A DNA stretch of 64,000 bases from Nitrospirota bacterium (GCA_963721805.1 CAVRJY010000004.1:192001-256000), one strand, 5' to 3'; positions 48,744 to 59,294 are shown, numbered from the stretch's first letter. Numbers and translations: made by a program. The notes: generated by a model not told the origin, from the letters alone.

Positions 48744-50465
48744 CTATCTGCTGGCCTCCACGCGGGCGATCAGCCTCCTTGCGCGCTCGGCCCCGGCCTC
48801 GGCCCCGAGCGCCTCGTAAAAACCCAGCGACTGCCTGAGCCTGAGCAGCGCCTCGTCCATGTTGCCGAGTTCCGCAAACAGCCCCCCGATATTAAATAGC
48901 GCATACGCCGCGCCCGCGCGGTCCCCGGCCGAAGCGAACGCGTCGAGGGCCGAGATGAAGCCCCTCAGCGCCGAGTCGGTATCGCCCGCCCTGCCCCGAA
49001 TCGCCGCGAGGTTTACAAGCGCGCCGGCCTCGCCCTGCCTGTTTCCGGCGGCCCGGAAGCCCTCGAGCGCCTCGTCCAGGCAGGCGGCCGCCTCTTCAGT
49101 CTCGCCGCGGGCCATGCGTATCGAGGCCGCTGTCATCAGCGTCTCGGCCGCGCCCTGCGCGTCACCGGCACCCCGTGCAAGCTCTATAGAACGCGTAGCA
49201 CAGTCAAGCGCGGCCTCAAGCTCGCCCATGGCCTGATGAAGCCCGGCCATGTTCGCGAGCACAACCGCCTCGACCTGCGGGTTATTAGCCTCGCGCGCCA
49301 GTACGATGGCATCGTTGAACACCGCCATCGCGCCCCTGGCGTCTCCCATGCGCGCCGCGATCAAGGCATACTGGTTAAGGAAATCCGCCTCCGAGTTTTT
49401 AAGGCCGAGCCTGCGGCTCACCTCGATGCCCTGGCGGCACTTCCTGAGGGCCATGTCGCGGCGGCCCTCGATCTCAAGCACGCTTATGAGCTTTCGGACG
49501 AAGCCCGCGAATTCCTTGAGCATCGCCTCGTCGCGCATTGCATATTCATAGAGGTTCTCGGCCGCGACGATCGGGTCCGAGGCCATGAAGCCCTCGTACG
49601 CGAGCTTGTGGCTCCTGACCGCGTCCTCCGCGCTGAGCAGCCCGGAAGCGAATCGCCGCAGCGCGGGGTGCATCGTATAGAGGCCGCCCTCGCGCCTGAG
49701 CATACGCCGCGCAACGAGCCGGTCAAGGGCTGGTTGCACCGCCTCGCCGAACATCCTGTATATGTCCTCGGCGGTAGCCGGGACCATCAGAACCGATAGC
49801 CGCGCAAACAAAAAACGGCCCTCTTCATCGAGCCCCTCATACGCGGACTGAAACCAGTTTTCATCGCACGCCAGCCCGCCCGCCGCGGCGAGTTCAATGC
49901 CAAGCGGAAGACCTATGGGACAGCCGTCGCACTCTTGGCCGCTTACGGCGCGATAGAGCGCCGAGGCCTCTCCGGGCGGCATCGGGCCAAGCCTAAGTCC
50001 TTCGACTCCCGGCACCTCGACGTCGTTCGTAATCATGGCCATGGAGCCCTTCGGCAGCCTGGAGACGAACTCCGTGATCTCACCGGCCTCGGGCACGGAC
50101 TCAAGCTCGTCGATCACGATCAGGGAGGGCTTCGCAACCAGCGCCTCATTCAGCCGGGCCATCTTCCTTGGGATATCCTGCCCGGCGGCAGCATCGCCCG
50201 TTAGCGCACGAAGCAGTAAGCCAAGCAGGCTGTCAAGCCCCATCACCCTCTCTGCTATCGGCTCGATCCCCGCCCCGGCCCATATGACGGAGAGCGCGGC
50301 AGCCTCCCGCATCCTGCACCCTGCCGCTCGAGCGAGGCTGGTCTTGCCGATGCCCGGCTGTCCGCTGATGCATATTGAGTGACCGCCTTTCAGCGCCGCC
50401 TCGATTTTGCTTAGCTCGGCCTCCCGGCCCGTAAACCATGGCTGAGGCACCTCAATTGGGTTCAA
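48744..50465 (-). CDS. STAND/NB-ARC-like ATPase with TPR repeats
   Basis: FTGREAEL, GQPGIGKT (Walker A), LIVIDELE (Walker B), GLPLGIELAA, MHPALR, then TPRs. Confidence 0.85.
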   Translation of the reverse strand: MNPIEVPQPWFTGREAELSKIEAALKGGHSICISGQPGIGKTSLARAAGCRMREAAALSVIWAGAGIEPIAERVMGLDSLLGLLLRALTGDAAAGQDIPRKMARLNEALVAKPSLIVIDELESVPEAGEITEFVSRLPKGSMAMITNDVEVPGVEGLRLGPMPPGEASALYRAVSGQECDGCPIGLPLGIELAAAGGLACDENWFQSAYEGLDEEGRFLFARLSVLMVPATAEDIYRMFGEAVQPALDRLVARRMLRREGGLYTMHPALRRFASGLLSAEDAVRSHKLAYEGFMASDPIVAAENLYEYAMRDEAMLKEFAGFVRKLISVLEIEGRRDMALRKCRQGIEVSRRLGLKNSEADFLNQYALIAARMGDARGAMAVFNDAIVLAREANNPQVEAVVLANMAGLHQAMGELEAALDCATRSIELARGAGDAQGAAETLMTAASIRMARGETEEAAACLDEALEGFRAAGNRQGEAGALVNLAAIRGRAGDTDSALRGFISALDAFASAGDRAGAAYALFNIGGLFAELGNMDEALLRLRQSLGFYEALGAEAGAERARRLIARVEASR

Positions 50466-50503
50466 TTCGTCTGCTCCTTCAGAGTAATTTCAGCGGCAAG
50501 CGG

Positions 50504-51577
50504 TCAGTCCGCTATCTGTACCATGTGATGCGCGATAGCCCCGAGCGGGAGGACCTTCTCCACGGCCTCGAGCTTTATCGCCTCCTTGGGCATCCCGAAC
50601 ACCACGCAGGACTCCTCGTCCTGGGCTATCGTGTATGCCCCGGCATCCCTCATCTCCTTCATCCCGTGCGCGCCGTCGTCGCCCATGCCGGTCATGATGA
50701 TCCCTATCGCATTGCTGCCGGCATACAGCGCGGCGGACCGAAACAGGACGTCCACTGACGGGCGGTGGCGGCTCACGAGCGGGCCGTCCTTGACCTCGAC
50801 GTAATAACGCGCCCCGGAGCGCTTAAGCAGGGTGTGGCGGTTTCCGGGCGCGATCAGCACCTGCCCGCGTATGACCGTGTCGTTGTCCTCGGCCTCCCTG
50901 ACCGTCACGCGGCAGATCGAGTCCAGCCTCCGCGCAAACGCGGTCGTGAAGTGCTCGGGCATGTGCTGCACCACGACGATGCCGGGGCTGTCGAGCGGCA
51001 GCGCCTCTAAAAACTCTCTCAGCGCCTCGGTCCCGCCGGTCGAGGCCCCGACGACTACGACCTTCTCGGTCGTCCGCGCCATGGCCCTGGATCTGGCCGG
51101 CCTCTCGATCACCGCGTCGGCCGTGAGCTTGGGGGCCACGTGCATGCTGTGCGCGGCTATGCGCCTCACCTTCGCGACGGACGCGGCCTTCACGGCATCG
51201 CATATCAGAATCCTGTTTTCCTCTAAAAATCCCTTAACGCCCATCCGGGGCTTCGTAATTACGTCCACCGCGCCGTATTCGAGCGCCTTCATCGCGCTCT
51301 CTGTGCCATCGCCGGTGAGGCTCGAGCACATCACGACAGGGATCGGGTGCTGGCTCATGATTTTTTGAAGGAAGGTGATCCCGTCCATGCGGGGCATTTC
51401 GACGTCCAGCGTGATGACGTCCGGGGCGGCCTCCCTCATGCGCTCGGCCGCGACGTACGGGTCGGCCGCCGTGCCGATCACCTCTATGCGGGGGTCGGTC
51501 GAGAGGAGTTCCTGGAGGGTCTGGCGCACCACGGCCGAGTCGTCGACGATGAGCACCTTTATCCTGTTTTCAGCCAA
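50504..51577 (-). CDS. cheB: Chemotaxis methylesterase/response regulator
   Basis: REC domain; [29 protein letters not shown]. Confidence 0.96.
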   Translation of the reverse strand: MAENRIKVLIVDDSAVVRQTLQELLSTDPRIEVIGTAADPYVAAERMREAAPDVITLDVEMPRMDGITFLQKIMSQHPIPVVMCSSLTGDGTESAMKALEYGAVDVITKPRMGVKGFLEENRILICDAVKAASVAKVRRIAAHSMHVAPKLTADAVIERPARSRAMARTTEKVVVVGASTGGTEALREFLEALPLDSPGIVVVQHMPEHFTTAFARRLDSICRVTVREAEDNDTVIRGQVLIAPGNRHTLLKRSGARYYVEVKDGPLVSRHRPSVDVLFRSAALYAGSNAIGIIMTGMGDDGAHGMKEMRDAGAYTIAQDEESCVVFGMPKEAIKLEAVEKVLPLGAIAHHMVQIAD

Positions 51578-51600
51578 GCGGTCCCTCTCTTAGATTGGTT

Positions 51601-52461
51601 TTAGATGCGCCGGTATACGGTCGAGCCCACGGCCCTGAAGGGTACGTCCAGGCCGGTGATGGTCTCGGAATGGCCCATGAACAGGAAACCGCCCGGCTCG
51701 AGGTGGCGCGCGAACTTGTTAAGCAGGCGCTCCTGCGTCGGCCGGTCGAAGTATATTACCACGTTGCGGCAGAAGATGACGTCCATCCGCTCCCTGAAGC
51801 CGAAGTCCTCGTCCATGAAGTTAATCCGCCTGAAATGCACGCGCTCCCGAAGCTCCGGAACGATGCGCGCCATCTGCTTCGAGCGGTCCTTGCTCCGCAT
51901 GACGTAGCGCTTCATCATCGCCGGCGGCACCGGCTCGAGCTTGCTCTGGTCGTATATCCCGGCCTGCGCGGCATGCAGCACGCGGGTCGAGATGTCCGTG
52001 GCCAGGATGAAGAAATCGAACTGTCCGAGACGCGTCCCGTAGTCGTCGAGCACCATGCCGAGCGTATACGGCTCTTCGCCCGTCGAGCACCCGGCGCTCC
52101 ATACGCCGAGCGGCCGCCGCGTGCCCGCGCCGGACTCCCTCTCGAGAGCCGGAAGGGCATGCTTGACCAGATGTTCGAAGTGGCTCGGCTCGCGGAAAAA
52201 GTCGGTCTTGTTCGTCGTTACGACGTCGATCATGTTTATAAGCTCGCCCTGCTCTCCAGCAGGGCTGAAGACGAACTCGATGTACTCGGCGAACGACTGC
52301 ATCTCGAGCGTGCGCAGCCGCTTTTGCAGCCGCGCCTCGATCATCGTGAGCTTGACGTCCGGCATCTTAATGCCAAGCTCCCCCTGGATGAACTCAGCGA
52401 GCCTCCGGAACTCACGGGCCTGGAGCCTCACGCCCCTCGATGTATTCTCTTCGGTGTCCAT
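51601..52461 (-). CDS. cheR: Chemotaxis methyltransferase
   Basis: TTNKTDFFRE, WSAGCSTGEEPYT, ATDIS, IFCRNVVIYF, GHSE. Confidence 0.96.
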   Translation of the reverse strand: MDTEENTSRGVRLQAREFRRLAEFIQGELGIKMPDVKLTMIEARLQKRLRTLEMQSFAEYIEFVFSPAGEQGELINMIDVVTTNKTDFFREPSHFEHLVKHALPALERESGAGTRRPLGVWSAGCSTGEEPYTLGMVLDDYGTRLGQFDFFILATDISTRVLHAAQAGIYDQSKLEPVPPAMMKRYVMRSKDRSKQMARIVPELRERVHFRRINFMDEDFGFRERMDVIFCRNVVIYFDRPTQERLLNKFARHLEPGGFLFMGHSETITGLDVPFRAVGSTVYRRI

Positions 52462-52516
52462 ATGGCGCTTTATTATCCCACAGATTTATTTTATAATACT
52501 AACCGGTGACTGATTC

Positions 52517-53290
52517 ATGCTAATGGCATCAGAGAGCGACCTGCTGAAGGCCTGCTCGGTCTTATTCGGGTCCGGCACGGACCTCGGCCGCGATTTTCTC
52601 TATTACCTCCAGCCTTCAGGCATAAAGACCGCATACCGAAGGCGCGCCCTCCTGACCCATCCCGATACCGCCGCGCACCGCGAGGGCCAGTCCGACAGCC
52701 TGACGGAGCAGTTCATCGAGGCCTCAAACGCATACGAGCAGTTGCTGGGCTTCGTGCTTAACCGCGACCGCGTGCGGCTCGTGCCCGGCACAGAGAAACC
52801 AGCGCCGCGCCCGGCGCAACACCGACGCCAGCACGCCGGCCGCGTCCATACCCCCCCGCGCCGCGAACATGCAAGCGGCATCTACTGCGGCTCGGTCCCA
52901 AAGCGCAGCCTCCTGTTCGGGCAGTATCTGTTCTACACCGGCGAGGTCCAGTGGGAGGCGCTCATCCGAGCCATCATATGGCAGCGCCGTCAGCGCCCGC
53001 GCATCGGGGATATCGCGCTTAGGCAGGGTCTGCTCGACGAACGTCAGGTCAAAGACGTGCTGGACGCACGGAAGCTCGGCGAGCACACCGGAGAGGCCGC
53101 AATGAGGCTCAGATACCTCAGCCGCGCCCAGCTCCATTACCTGATCCTGCACCAGAGGCGGCAGCAGCTTCCGTTCGGGGAGTTCTTCGTGAGGGAAAAC
53201 CTGATCTCGCGGCCGAGGCTGTTTAGGGTGCTATCGGAGTTCAACGCGCATAACCACATCTACACGGACAAGGGCCAGCCCTTCTCCTAA
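52517..53290 (+). CDS. J-domain protein with C-terminal MshEN-like repeats
   Basis: IKTAYRRRALLTHPD (J domain). RIGDIALRQGLLD..QV..VL, GEAAMRLRYLS..QL, FGEFFVRENLIS repeats. Confidence 0.8.
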   Translation: MLMASESDLLKACSVLFGSGTDLGRDFLYYLQPSGIKTAYRRRALLTHPDTAAHREGQSDSLTEQFIEASNAYEQLLGFVLNRDRVRLVPGTEKPAPRPAQHRRQHAGRVHTPPRREHASGIYCGSVPKRSLLFGQYLFYTGEVQWEALIRAIIWQRRQRPRIGDIALRQGLLDERQVKDVLDARKLGEHTGEAAMRLRYLSRAQLHYLILHQRRQQLPFGEFFVRENLISRPRLFRVLSEFNAHNHIYTDKGQPFS

Positions 53291-54078
53291 AGCACCTCGC
53301 GAAGTCTGTCTATCGTCGCGCGTGAGCCCACGATGAACCCGGCGTGCTTGGGCATTTCTTTATTGTATGCGAGCTCTTCGATCCCCTGCATATCCGTGAC
53401 GACGCCGCCCGCGCCCTTGACGATCGCATGCCCGGCCGCGGTGTCCCACTCCCACGTCGGGCCGAAGCGGGGGTACAGGTCAGCGAGGCCCTCGGCCACG
53501 AGGCAGAACTTAAGCGCGCTTCCTGATGATATCCGCTCCCTCACAGCGATGCGCCCGAGGAACGCCTCTAAGGCCTCCGATCCGTGCGAGCGGCTCGCTA
53601 CTATGGTGTATCCGCCGGCCGGGGGGGTGCGCATCGATATCGGCACCGCCGATGTGCCTGATGAGCGGAACGCTCCGATGCCCGGCCCGCCCCAGTACAT
53701 CGTCCCGCGCGCGGGCACGCCCATCACGCCTATGGCCGGAGCGCCGCCGCGCATGAGCGCGATGTTTACGGTGAACTCGCCGTTGCGGTTTATGAACTCC
53801 TTCGTGCCGTCAAGCGGATCGACGAGGTAGAACTCGCCCCATGATTTTCGCTCCTCATACGGCACCGAGATGCCTTCCTCCGAGAACACGGGGATGCCGG
53901 GAGTGAGCTTGTAGAGGCCCTCGGCGATGATCTCGTGCGAGCGACTGTCGGCGAGGGTCAGCGGCGAGCGGTCGTCCTTGAAGTCGACCGTGAAGTCCGT
54001 ACCGTAGATCTCCATGATCGCGTTTGCGGCCTTGCGCGCCAGCGCGGCGATACCGGCGATGAGCACCGGGGCGTCCAT
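53287..54078 (-). CDS. cysQ: 3'(2'),5'-bisphosphate nucleotidase
   Basis: KDDRSPLTLAD, SEE, VDPLDGTKEF, YPRFGPTWEWDTAAG. Confidence 0.95.
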   Translation of the reverse strand: MDAPVLIAGIAALARKAANAIMEIYGTDFTVDFKDDRSPLTLADSRSHEIIAEGLYKLTPGIPVFSEEGISVPYEERKSWGEFYLVDPLDGTKEFINRNGEFTVNIALMRGGAPAIGVMGVPARGTMYWGGPGIGAFRSSGTSAVPISMRTPPAGGYTIVASRSHGSEALEAFLGRIAVRERISSGSALKFCLVAEGLADLYPRFGPTWEWDTAAGHAIVKGAGGVVTDMQGIEELAYNKEMPKHAGFIVGSRATIDRLREVL

Positions 54079-54680
54079 CAGATCAGCAGGAGGAAGCGCT
54101 TTTGCTCTAAAAATCGCAGCACCGCGTCGATGCACTCCTCGACGTCCATCGCGTCTGTATCGAGCACCAGCTCGGGGTTCTCCGGCTCCTCGTACGGGGA
54201 GTCCACGCCCGTGTAGTTTTTGATCAGCCCGGCGCGGGCCTTCTTGTACAGCCCCTTGGGGTCGCGCTTCTCGCATATGGCTATGGGACACTTGACGTAG
54301 GCCTCGAAGAAATTATCGTCTCCGACCGTGTTTTTCACGTATGCGCGGTCCTCGCGGTAAGGGGAGATGAAGGCCGCGAGCACGACTATCCCGGCGTCGA
54401 CGAACAGCCTTGAGACCTCGCCTATGCGCCGGAGGTTCTCCTTGCGGTCGTCGCGGGTGAAGCCCAGGTTTGAGTTGATGCCGTGGCGGACGTTGTCGCC
54501 GTCGAGCACGTAGGCCCTGATGCCGCGGTCGAACAGGGCCTTCTCGAGGTGGTGGCATATCGTGGACTTGCCGGAGGCCGAGAGGCCGGTAAACCAGATC
54601 AGCCCGCTGCGGTGCTTGTTCATGCGGTTGCGCTCGGACTTGTTGACCATCGTCTCGTGCCAGATGACGTTATCGCTCAT
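54078..54680 (-). CDS. cysC: Adenylyl-sulfate kinase
   Basis: WFTGLSASGKST, LDGDNVRHG, FISPY, RDPKGLYKKAR. Confidence 0.96.
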   Translation of the reverse strand: MSDNVIWHETMVNKSERNRMNKHRSGLIWFTGLSASGKSTICHHLEKALFDRGIRAYVLDGDNVRHGINSNLGFTRDDRKENLRRIGEVSRLFVDAGIVVLAAFISPYREDRAYVKNTVGDDNFFEAYVKCPIAICEKRDPKGLYKKARAGLIKNYTGVDSPYEEPENPELVLDTDAMDVEECIDAVLRFLEQKRFLLLI

Positions 54681-54800
54681 ATGAAATAATAACAAAACAG
54701 CATGCCAGAGTGGAAGGAACAGGGGCCGCGCTGGCGCATATTGCACTTTCCAGCCTGGAATGTCAAAATTGACCGTACGTCTACAAGGAGGCTATGGCAT

Positions 54801-56177
54801 ATGGATGATGCGCGGGGCTTCAGGGTCGAGAAGGATTCTATGGGCGAGGTGCTGGTTCCGGCCGACGCGCTCTATGGGGCGCAAACCGCGCGCGCGGCCG
54901 GGAACTTCCAAATAAGCGGCTCGACTATGCCGCCGGCGCTGATCCACGCCCTCGGCATGATCAAGGCCGAATGCGCGCGCGCAAACGCCGGGCTCGGCCT
55001 GCTCGACCAGGCGCTCGCGGACTCGATCGCAGAGGCCTCGGACGAGGTCGCCGACGGGCGCTGGGACGCGGAATTCCCGATAGACATATTCCAGACCGGC
55101 TCGGGCACATCGACCAACATGAACGCCAACGAGGTCATCGCCCGGCGCGCCTCGATGCTCGCCGGGGGACGCGATGTCCACCCCAACGACCACGTGAACC
55201 TCGGGCAGTCCTCAAACGACGTGATCCCCTCGGCCATTCACGCAAGCGCCGCGATAGCGCTGGCGGGCACGCTCCTGCCTGAGCTTGACGCACTGCGCAC
55301 GTCGCTCGAGCGCCGCGCGGCCGAGTGCCGGGGAGTCATAAAGACAGGCCGGACGCACCTGATGGACGCGATGCCCGTAAGGCTCGGGCATGTGATCGGG
55401 GGCTGGGCTGCGCAGATCGCGGATGCGTCCGTAAGGCTCCAGCTCACGCTGCCGCGCATCGGGAGGCTCGCGCTCGGCGGTACCGCGGTCGGGACCGGCA
55501 TCAACGCCCACCCGGAGCTCGCGGCCCGCGTGGCCGACCTCCTCACCAAACGCACAGGGGTGAGGTTCACGGAGGCGCCGAACCACTTCGCCGCTCAGTC
55601 GTCGATGGACAACGCGGCGGAGCTGAGCGGGCAGCTAAAGACGCTCGCCAGCTCCCTGATGAAGATCGCGGACGACCTGCGGTGGATGAACTCCGGGCCG
55701 CTTGCGGGATTGGGCGAGATCAGCCTCCCGGCGCTCCAGCCGGGGTCGAGCATCATGCCCGGCAAGGTCAACCCCGTGGCCTGCGAGGCCGCGATGATGG
55801 CCGCCGCACAGGTCATCGCGAACGACCTGGCCGTAACTATCGGAAACGAGCGCGGGAACTTCGAGCTCAACACTATGCTCCCGCTGATAGCGCGCAACCT
55901 GCTTGAATCGCTGAGGCTGCTTGCGGGGGCGTGCAGCACGCTTCGGCGGCTCGCGATAGACGGGTTCTATGTCAACGAGCCGCGCATGCGCGAGGCCCTC
56001 GATAAAAACCCGATACTCGTCACCGCGCTCAACGGGGTCATCGGGTACGACCGCGCGGCCGAGATCGCCAAGCGCGCATACGCCGAGGGCCGCCCCATAC
56101 GCGAGGTCGCAAGGGAGATGACCGAGCTCAGCGATTCGGAGCTCGCCCGGTTCCTTGACCCCGGCGGCATGGCCTAG
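54801..56177 (+). CDS. fumC: Class II fumarate hydratase
   Basis: FQTGSGTSTNMN, GRTHLMDA, PGSSIMPGKVNP. Confidence 0.95.
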   Translation: MDDARGFRVEKDSMGEVLVPADALYGAQTARAAGNFQISGSTMPPALIHALGMIKAECARANAGLGLLDQALADSIAEASDEVADGRWDAEFPIDIFQTGSGTSTNMNANEVIARRASMLAGGRDVHPNDHVNLGQSSNDVIPSAIHASAAIALAGTLLPELDALRTSLERRAAECRGVIKTGRTHLMDAMPVRLGHVIGGWAAQIADASVRLQLTLPRIGRLALGGTAVGTGINAHPELAARVADLLTKRTGVRFTEAPNHFAAQSSMDNAAELSGQLKTLASSLMKIADDLRWMNSGPLAGLGEISLPALQPGSSIMPGKVNPVACEAAMMAAAQVIANDLAVTIGNERGNFELNTMLPLIARNLLESLRLLAGACSTLRRLAIDGFYVNEPRMREALDKNPILVTALNGVIGYDRAAEIAKRAYAEGRPIREVAREMTELSDSELARFLDPGGMA

Positions 56178-56189
56178 CGCTGAGGCTGG

Positions 56190-57857
56190 ATGACGCAACC
56201 CGATAAGATCTGCGAGGCCGTGAAGGCCAAAAACGGCGCGTGGTCCATGCATCTGCGGGCCGAAGACGGCACGGCACGGGCGGCCCACAGCATCTACGAG
56301 CCCGAGGCCGAGGCCACAGCTATGGCCGGGGCGTTAGAGTTCGGCGGCGAGGGGCTGCTGGCCGTGCTCGGCGCTGGCATGGGCCACCACATCCGGGCTC
56401 TCATGGCGCGCTTCCCCTCGGCCGAAATCGTCGTGATAGAGCCGCTCCGCGAGATTTACGATACAGCTGTGGAGTGCGGCGCGCTCCCGGAGGGCCTGCG
56501 GTATGTCGTCGGCGCGGCCGCGGCCGATGCCCTGCGCGAGATCGCATCGCTTCAGGCTGGCCGAGGCATCAAACCGCTCGGGCTTTTCGTGCTGACCGCG
56601 GAGGCCTCAGCCTTCCCATCCCAATTCAACCCGCTGATCGAACCGCTTCGGAGGACCGTCTCGGTACGCCTGTGGGAGCGGTTGCGCTACGCGAAGTTCC
56701 AGGGCGGGCGGGTGAGCGTGCTCGTGTTCGACAGCGACTACTTCCTGGTGCGCGAGATCGTGAATGCCTTAACGAGGCTCGGCCACGAGGTGCGGCGCAT
56801 CGCCGTAGGCAAGGACGTGCGCCCCGATGCGATGATCGAGGCGCTGATCGGCGGCATCGTCGTGTTCAGGCCGGATTTCGTGCTCACGGTCAACCACCTG
56901 GGCTTCGACGAGCAGGGCGTGCTCACTGAGTTCCTGCGCTCGATAGAGATGCCCGCCGCGTCGTGGTTCGTTGACAGCCCGCGCATCATCGTCGGCGACC
57001 ACAAGGGCAACGTCTCACCGTATATGGTGATGTTCTCGTGGGAAAAGACATACACGGCCCGCATACGGGCGATGGGCTTCGAGCACGCTTATTACCTGCC
57101 GCTCGGTACTGACGAGACCGTGTTTAAGCCGATCAAGCCGAGCGCCAAGCAGCGCAAGAGATACGGCGGCGCTGTCGGGTTCGTCGGGGACTCGATGGTG
57201 AGGCCTGCCGCAAAGAAACTGGGCGAGCTGCCCGAACGCCTGCGGCCTATGGTCGAGGCTGTATCCGTGCTATTTGCGCGCTCTCCGCGATACGTTTCCA
57301 TGGACGCCATCATGCGTGAGGCAGCGCCCGATGCCCTGGCGCTCGAAGGCCCGGAGCGCACCGCGTTTGAGGCGGCCGTGACCTGGCGCGCGACACTGCT
57401 CTATCGGCTTGCTTGCGTGCGGAAGCTCGACGGCGGGCTCGTGATCTACGGAGACGTCGAGGGCTGGCGGACGCTCGGCCCCGGAGCCGAAATACGGCCG
57501 CCGGTCAGCTATCACGATACGCTCCCTCTGCTCTATAACTCCTGTGCGGTGAACTTCAACGCGACCAGCCTCCAGATGCCGAGCGCGGTAAACCAGCGCG
57601 TATTCGACGTCCCAGCATGCGGGGCGTTTCTGATGACCGACCACCAGGGCGCTCTCGACGAGCTGTTCGAGGCGGGCCGCGAGGTCGTCACCTACGGCTC
57701 GGCCGACGAGATACCCGAGATGCTGAGTTACTACCGCGACAGGCCGGAGCGCCGCGGCGAGATCGCGAGGCTCGGGCGCGAGCGCGTGCTCAAGGAGCAT
57801 ACCTACCTGCACCGCCTCGCAGAGCTCACAGCATGGATGCGCAGGGCTTTCGCCTGA
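56190..57857 (+). CDS. CgeB/DUF3880-type glycosyltransferase with Maf-like N-terminus
   Basis: HSIYEPEAEA..VLGAGMGHH; SWFVDSP; NQRVFDVPACGAF; EHTYLHR. Confidence 0.8.
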   Translation: MTQPDKICEAVKAKNGAWSMHLRAEDGTARAAHSIYEPEAEATAMAGALEFGGEGLLAVLGAGMGHHIRALMARFPSAEIVVIEPLREIYDTAVECGALPEGLRYVVGAAAADALREIASLQAGRGIKPLGLFVLTAEASAFPSQFNPLIEPLRRTVSVRLWERLRYAKFQGGRVSVLVFDSDYFLVREIVNALTRLGHEVRRIAVGKDVRPDAMIEALIGGIVVFRPDFVLTVNHLGFDEQGVLTEFLRSIEMPAASWFVDSPRIIVGDHKGNVSPYMVMFSWEKTYTARIRAMGFEHAYYLPLGTDETVFKPIKPSAKQRKRYGGAVGFVGDSMVRPAAKKLGELPERLRPMVEAVSVLFARSPRYVSMDAIMREAAPDALALEGPERTAFEAAVTWRATLLYRLACVRKLDGGLVIYGDVEGWRTLGPGAEIRPPVSYHDTLPLLYNSCAVNFNATSLQMPSAVNQRVFDVPACGAFLMTDHQGALDELFEAGREVVTYGSADEIPEMLSYYRDRPERRGEIARLGRERVLKEHTYLHRLAELTAWMRRAFA

Positions 57858-57901
57858 TCTCAGCGTAAGGCGCGGGCAGAGCTGGGCAATGCCCTAAATG
57901 C

Positions 57902-59260
57902 TTAATAGTACCTCAGCCAGATATACAGCGCCGATATCCCCACGCTCATCAGCATCACCGGCATCCCGTAGAGCATGAACCGCAGGAACGTGAGCCGGTA
58001 TCCCGCGCGCTCGGCCATCCCGACCACTATCACGTTCGCAGAGGCCCCTATCGCGGTGCCGTTTCCGCCGAGGCAGGCCCCGAGTGCGAGCGACCACCAA
58101 ACGGGCATCAGCTCGCTGTGCTGAAGGAGCGCCGCACCTGACTCGCCGGGCCAGAGCCGGCTAGCCATGTCCGCGATCAGCGGGTTCATCGTGGCCACGA
58201 AGGGGATGTTGTCGACCAGCGCCGAGGCGAAGGCCGAAAACCAGAGCACAAGCATCGAGGTGCCGAGCATGTTGCCCTGCGTTATAGCCAGCGCCTTGGT
58301 ACTCATCCAGGTGATGAGCCCGACCTTCACTACCCCGCCTACGATGATGAAAAGCCCGATGAAGAAGAAGATCGTCGGCCATTCGACCTCCGCGAGCGCG
58401 CGGTGCAGGTCGTCGCGCTCACGCGAGATCAGCATCATCACCGCCGCGCCGAAGAGTGCGACCGAGGCGGGCTCGTATTTAAGCGTCCTATGAAGCACGA
58501 ATCCAACAAGCACCAATCCGAGCACCACGAGCGAGCGCTTGAGCATGACAAAGTCCTTGATCGCAGAGGCGGCGTCCATCGCCATGACCTTGCGCCTTGT
58601 GGGTTCGCTCGCGCGTAATTGTTTACCCCAGATGATCCTCGCCATGACGATGAACACGGCCATCGAGATCACGGCCACGGGCGCGACGTTTGTGATGAAG
58701 TCCATGAACCCGAGCCCGGCGCGCGATGCGATCATTATATTTGGTGGGTCGCCGATCAGGGTTGCGGTGCCGCCGATGTTGGACGAAAGCGCGCAGGCCA
58801 GAAGGTACGGCACGGGCGACACGCCGAGCTCCCCGGCTATCAGCAGCGCCACAGGCGCGATCAATAGCACGGTCGTGACGTTATCGAGTAGCGCGCTTAA
58901 CAGGGCCGTGACGACCGAGAATATCAGCAGTATGCGCACCGGCTCGCCGCGCCCTATGTGCGCGCACTTGATCGCGACATACTCAAACACCCCGGTCGGG
59001 CGCATCAGGTTTACGATTATCATCATCGAGATCAGCAGGAATATGACGTTCCAGTCCACGCCGAACGCGGCGGTATTGAACGCCTCGTGCTGGCCGAGCA
59101 CGCCAAGCGCGATCATAAGCGATGCCCCGGCAAGGGCGACCGCTGTCTTGTGCGCCCAGTCCATGACAATAGCGAGATATGAGAGCGCGAATATGGCGGT
59201 CGCGGCCCAGAATATCGCGTCCATTACAACGGGCTGCGCCCCGGCTGGCATCGTTGTCAT
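57902..59260 (-). CDS. ArsB/NhaD-family (IT superfamily) transporter
   Basis: SALLDNVTTVL, SNIGGTATLIGDPPN, VDNIP, GGNGTAIGASAN. Confidence 0.9.
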   Translation of the reverse strand: MTTMPAGAQPVVMDAIFWAATAIFALSYLAIVMDWAHKTAVALAGASLMIALGVLGQHEAFNTAAFGVDWNVIFLLISMMIIVNLMRPTGVFEYVAIKCAHIGRGEPVRILLIFSVVTALLSALLDNVTTVLLIAPVALLIAGELGVSPVPYLLACALSSNIGGTATLIGDPPNIMIASRAGLGFMDFITNVAPVAVISMAVFIVMARIIWGKQLRASEPTRRKVMAMDAASAIKDFVMLKRSLVVLGLVLVGFVLHRTLKYEPASVALFGAAVMMLISRERDDLHRALAEVEWPTIFFFIGLFIIVGGVVKVGLITWMSTKALAITQGNMLGTSMLVLWFSAFASALVDNIPFVATMNPLIADMASRLWPGESGAALLQHSELMPVWWSLALGACLGGNGTAIGASANVIVVGMAERAGYRLTFLRFMLYGMPVMLMSVGISALYIWLRYY

Positions 59261-59294
59261 CGGCAGGCCTTCTTCATAGCAGCTATTATAAGGC

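Noticed and set aside
57902..59260. Arsenic-resistance operon linking arsR to this transporter
   Set aside because: About 9 kb apart, no copy of the operator seen upstream, and the family includes many non-arsenic transporters.
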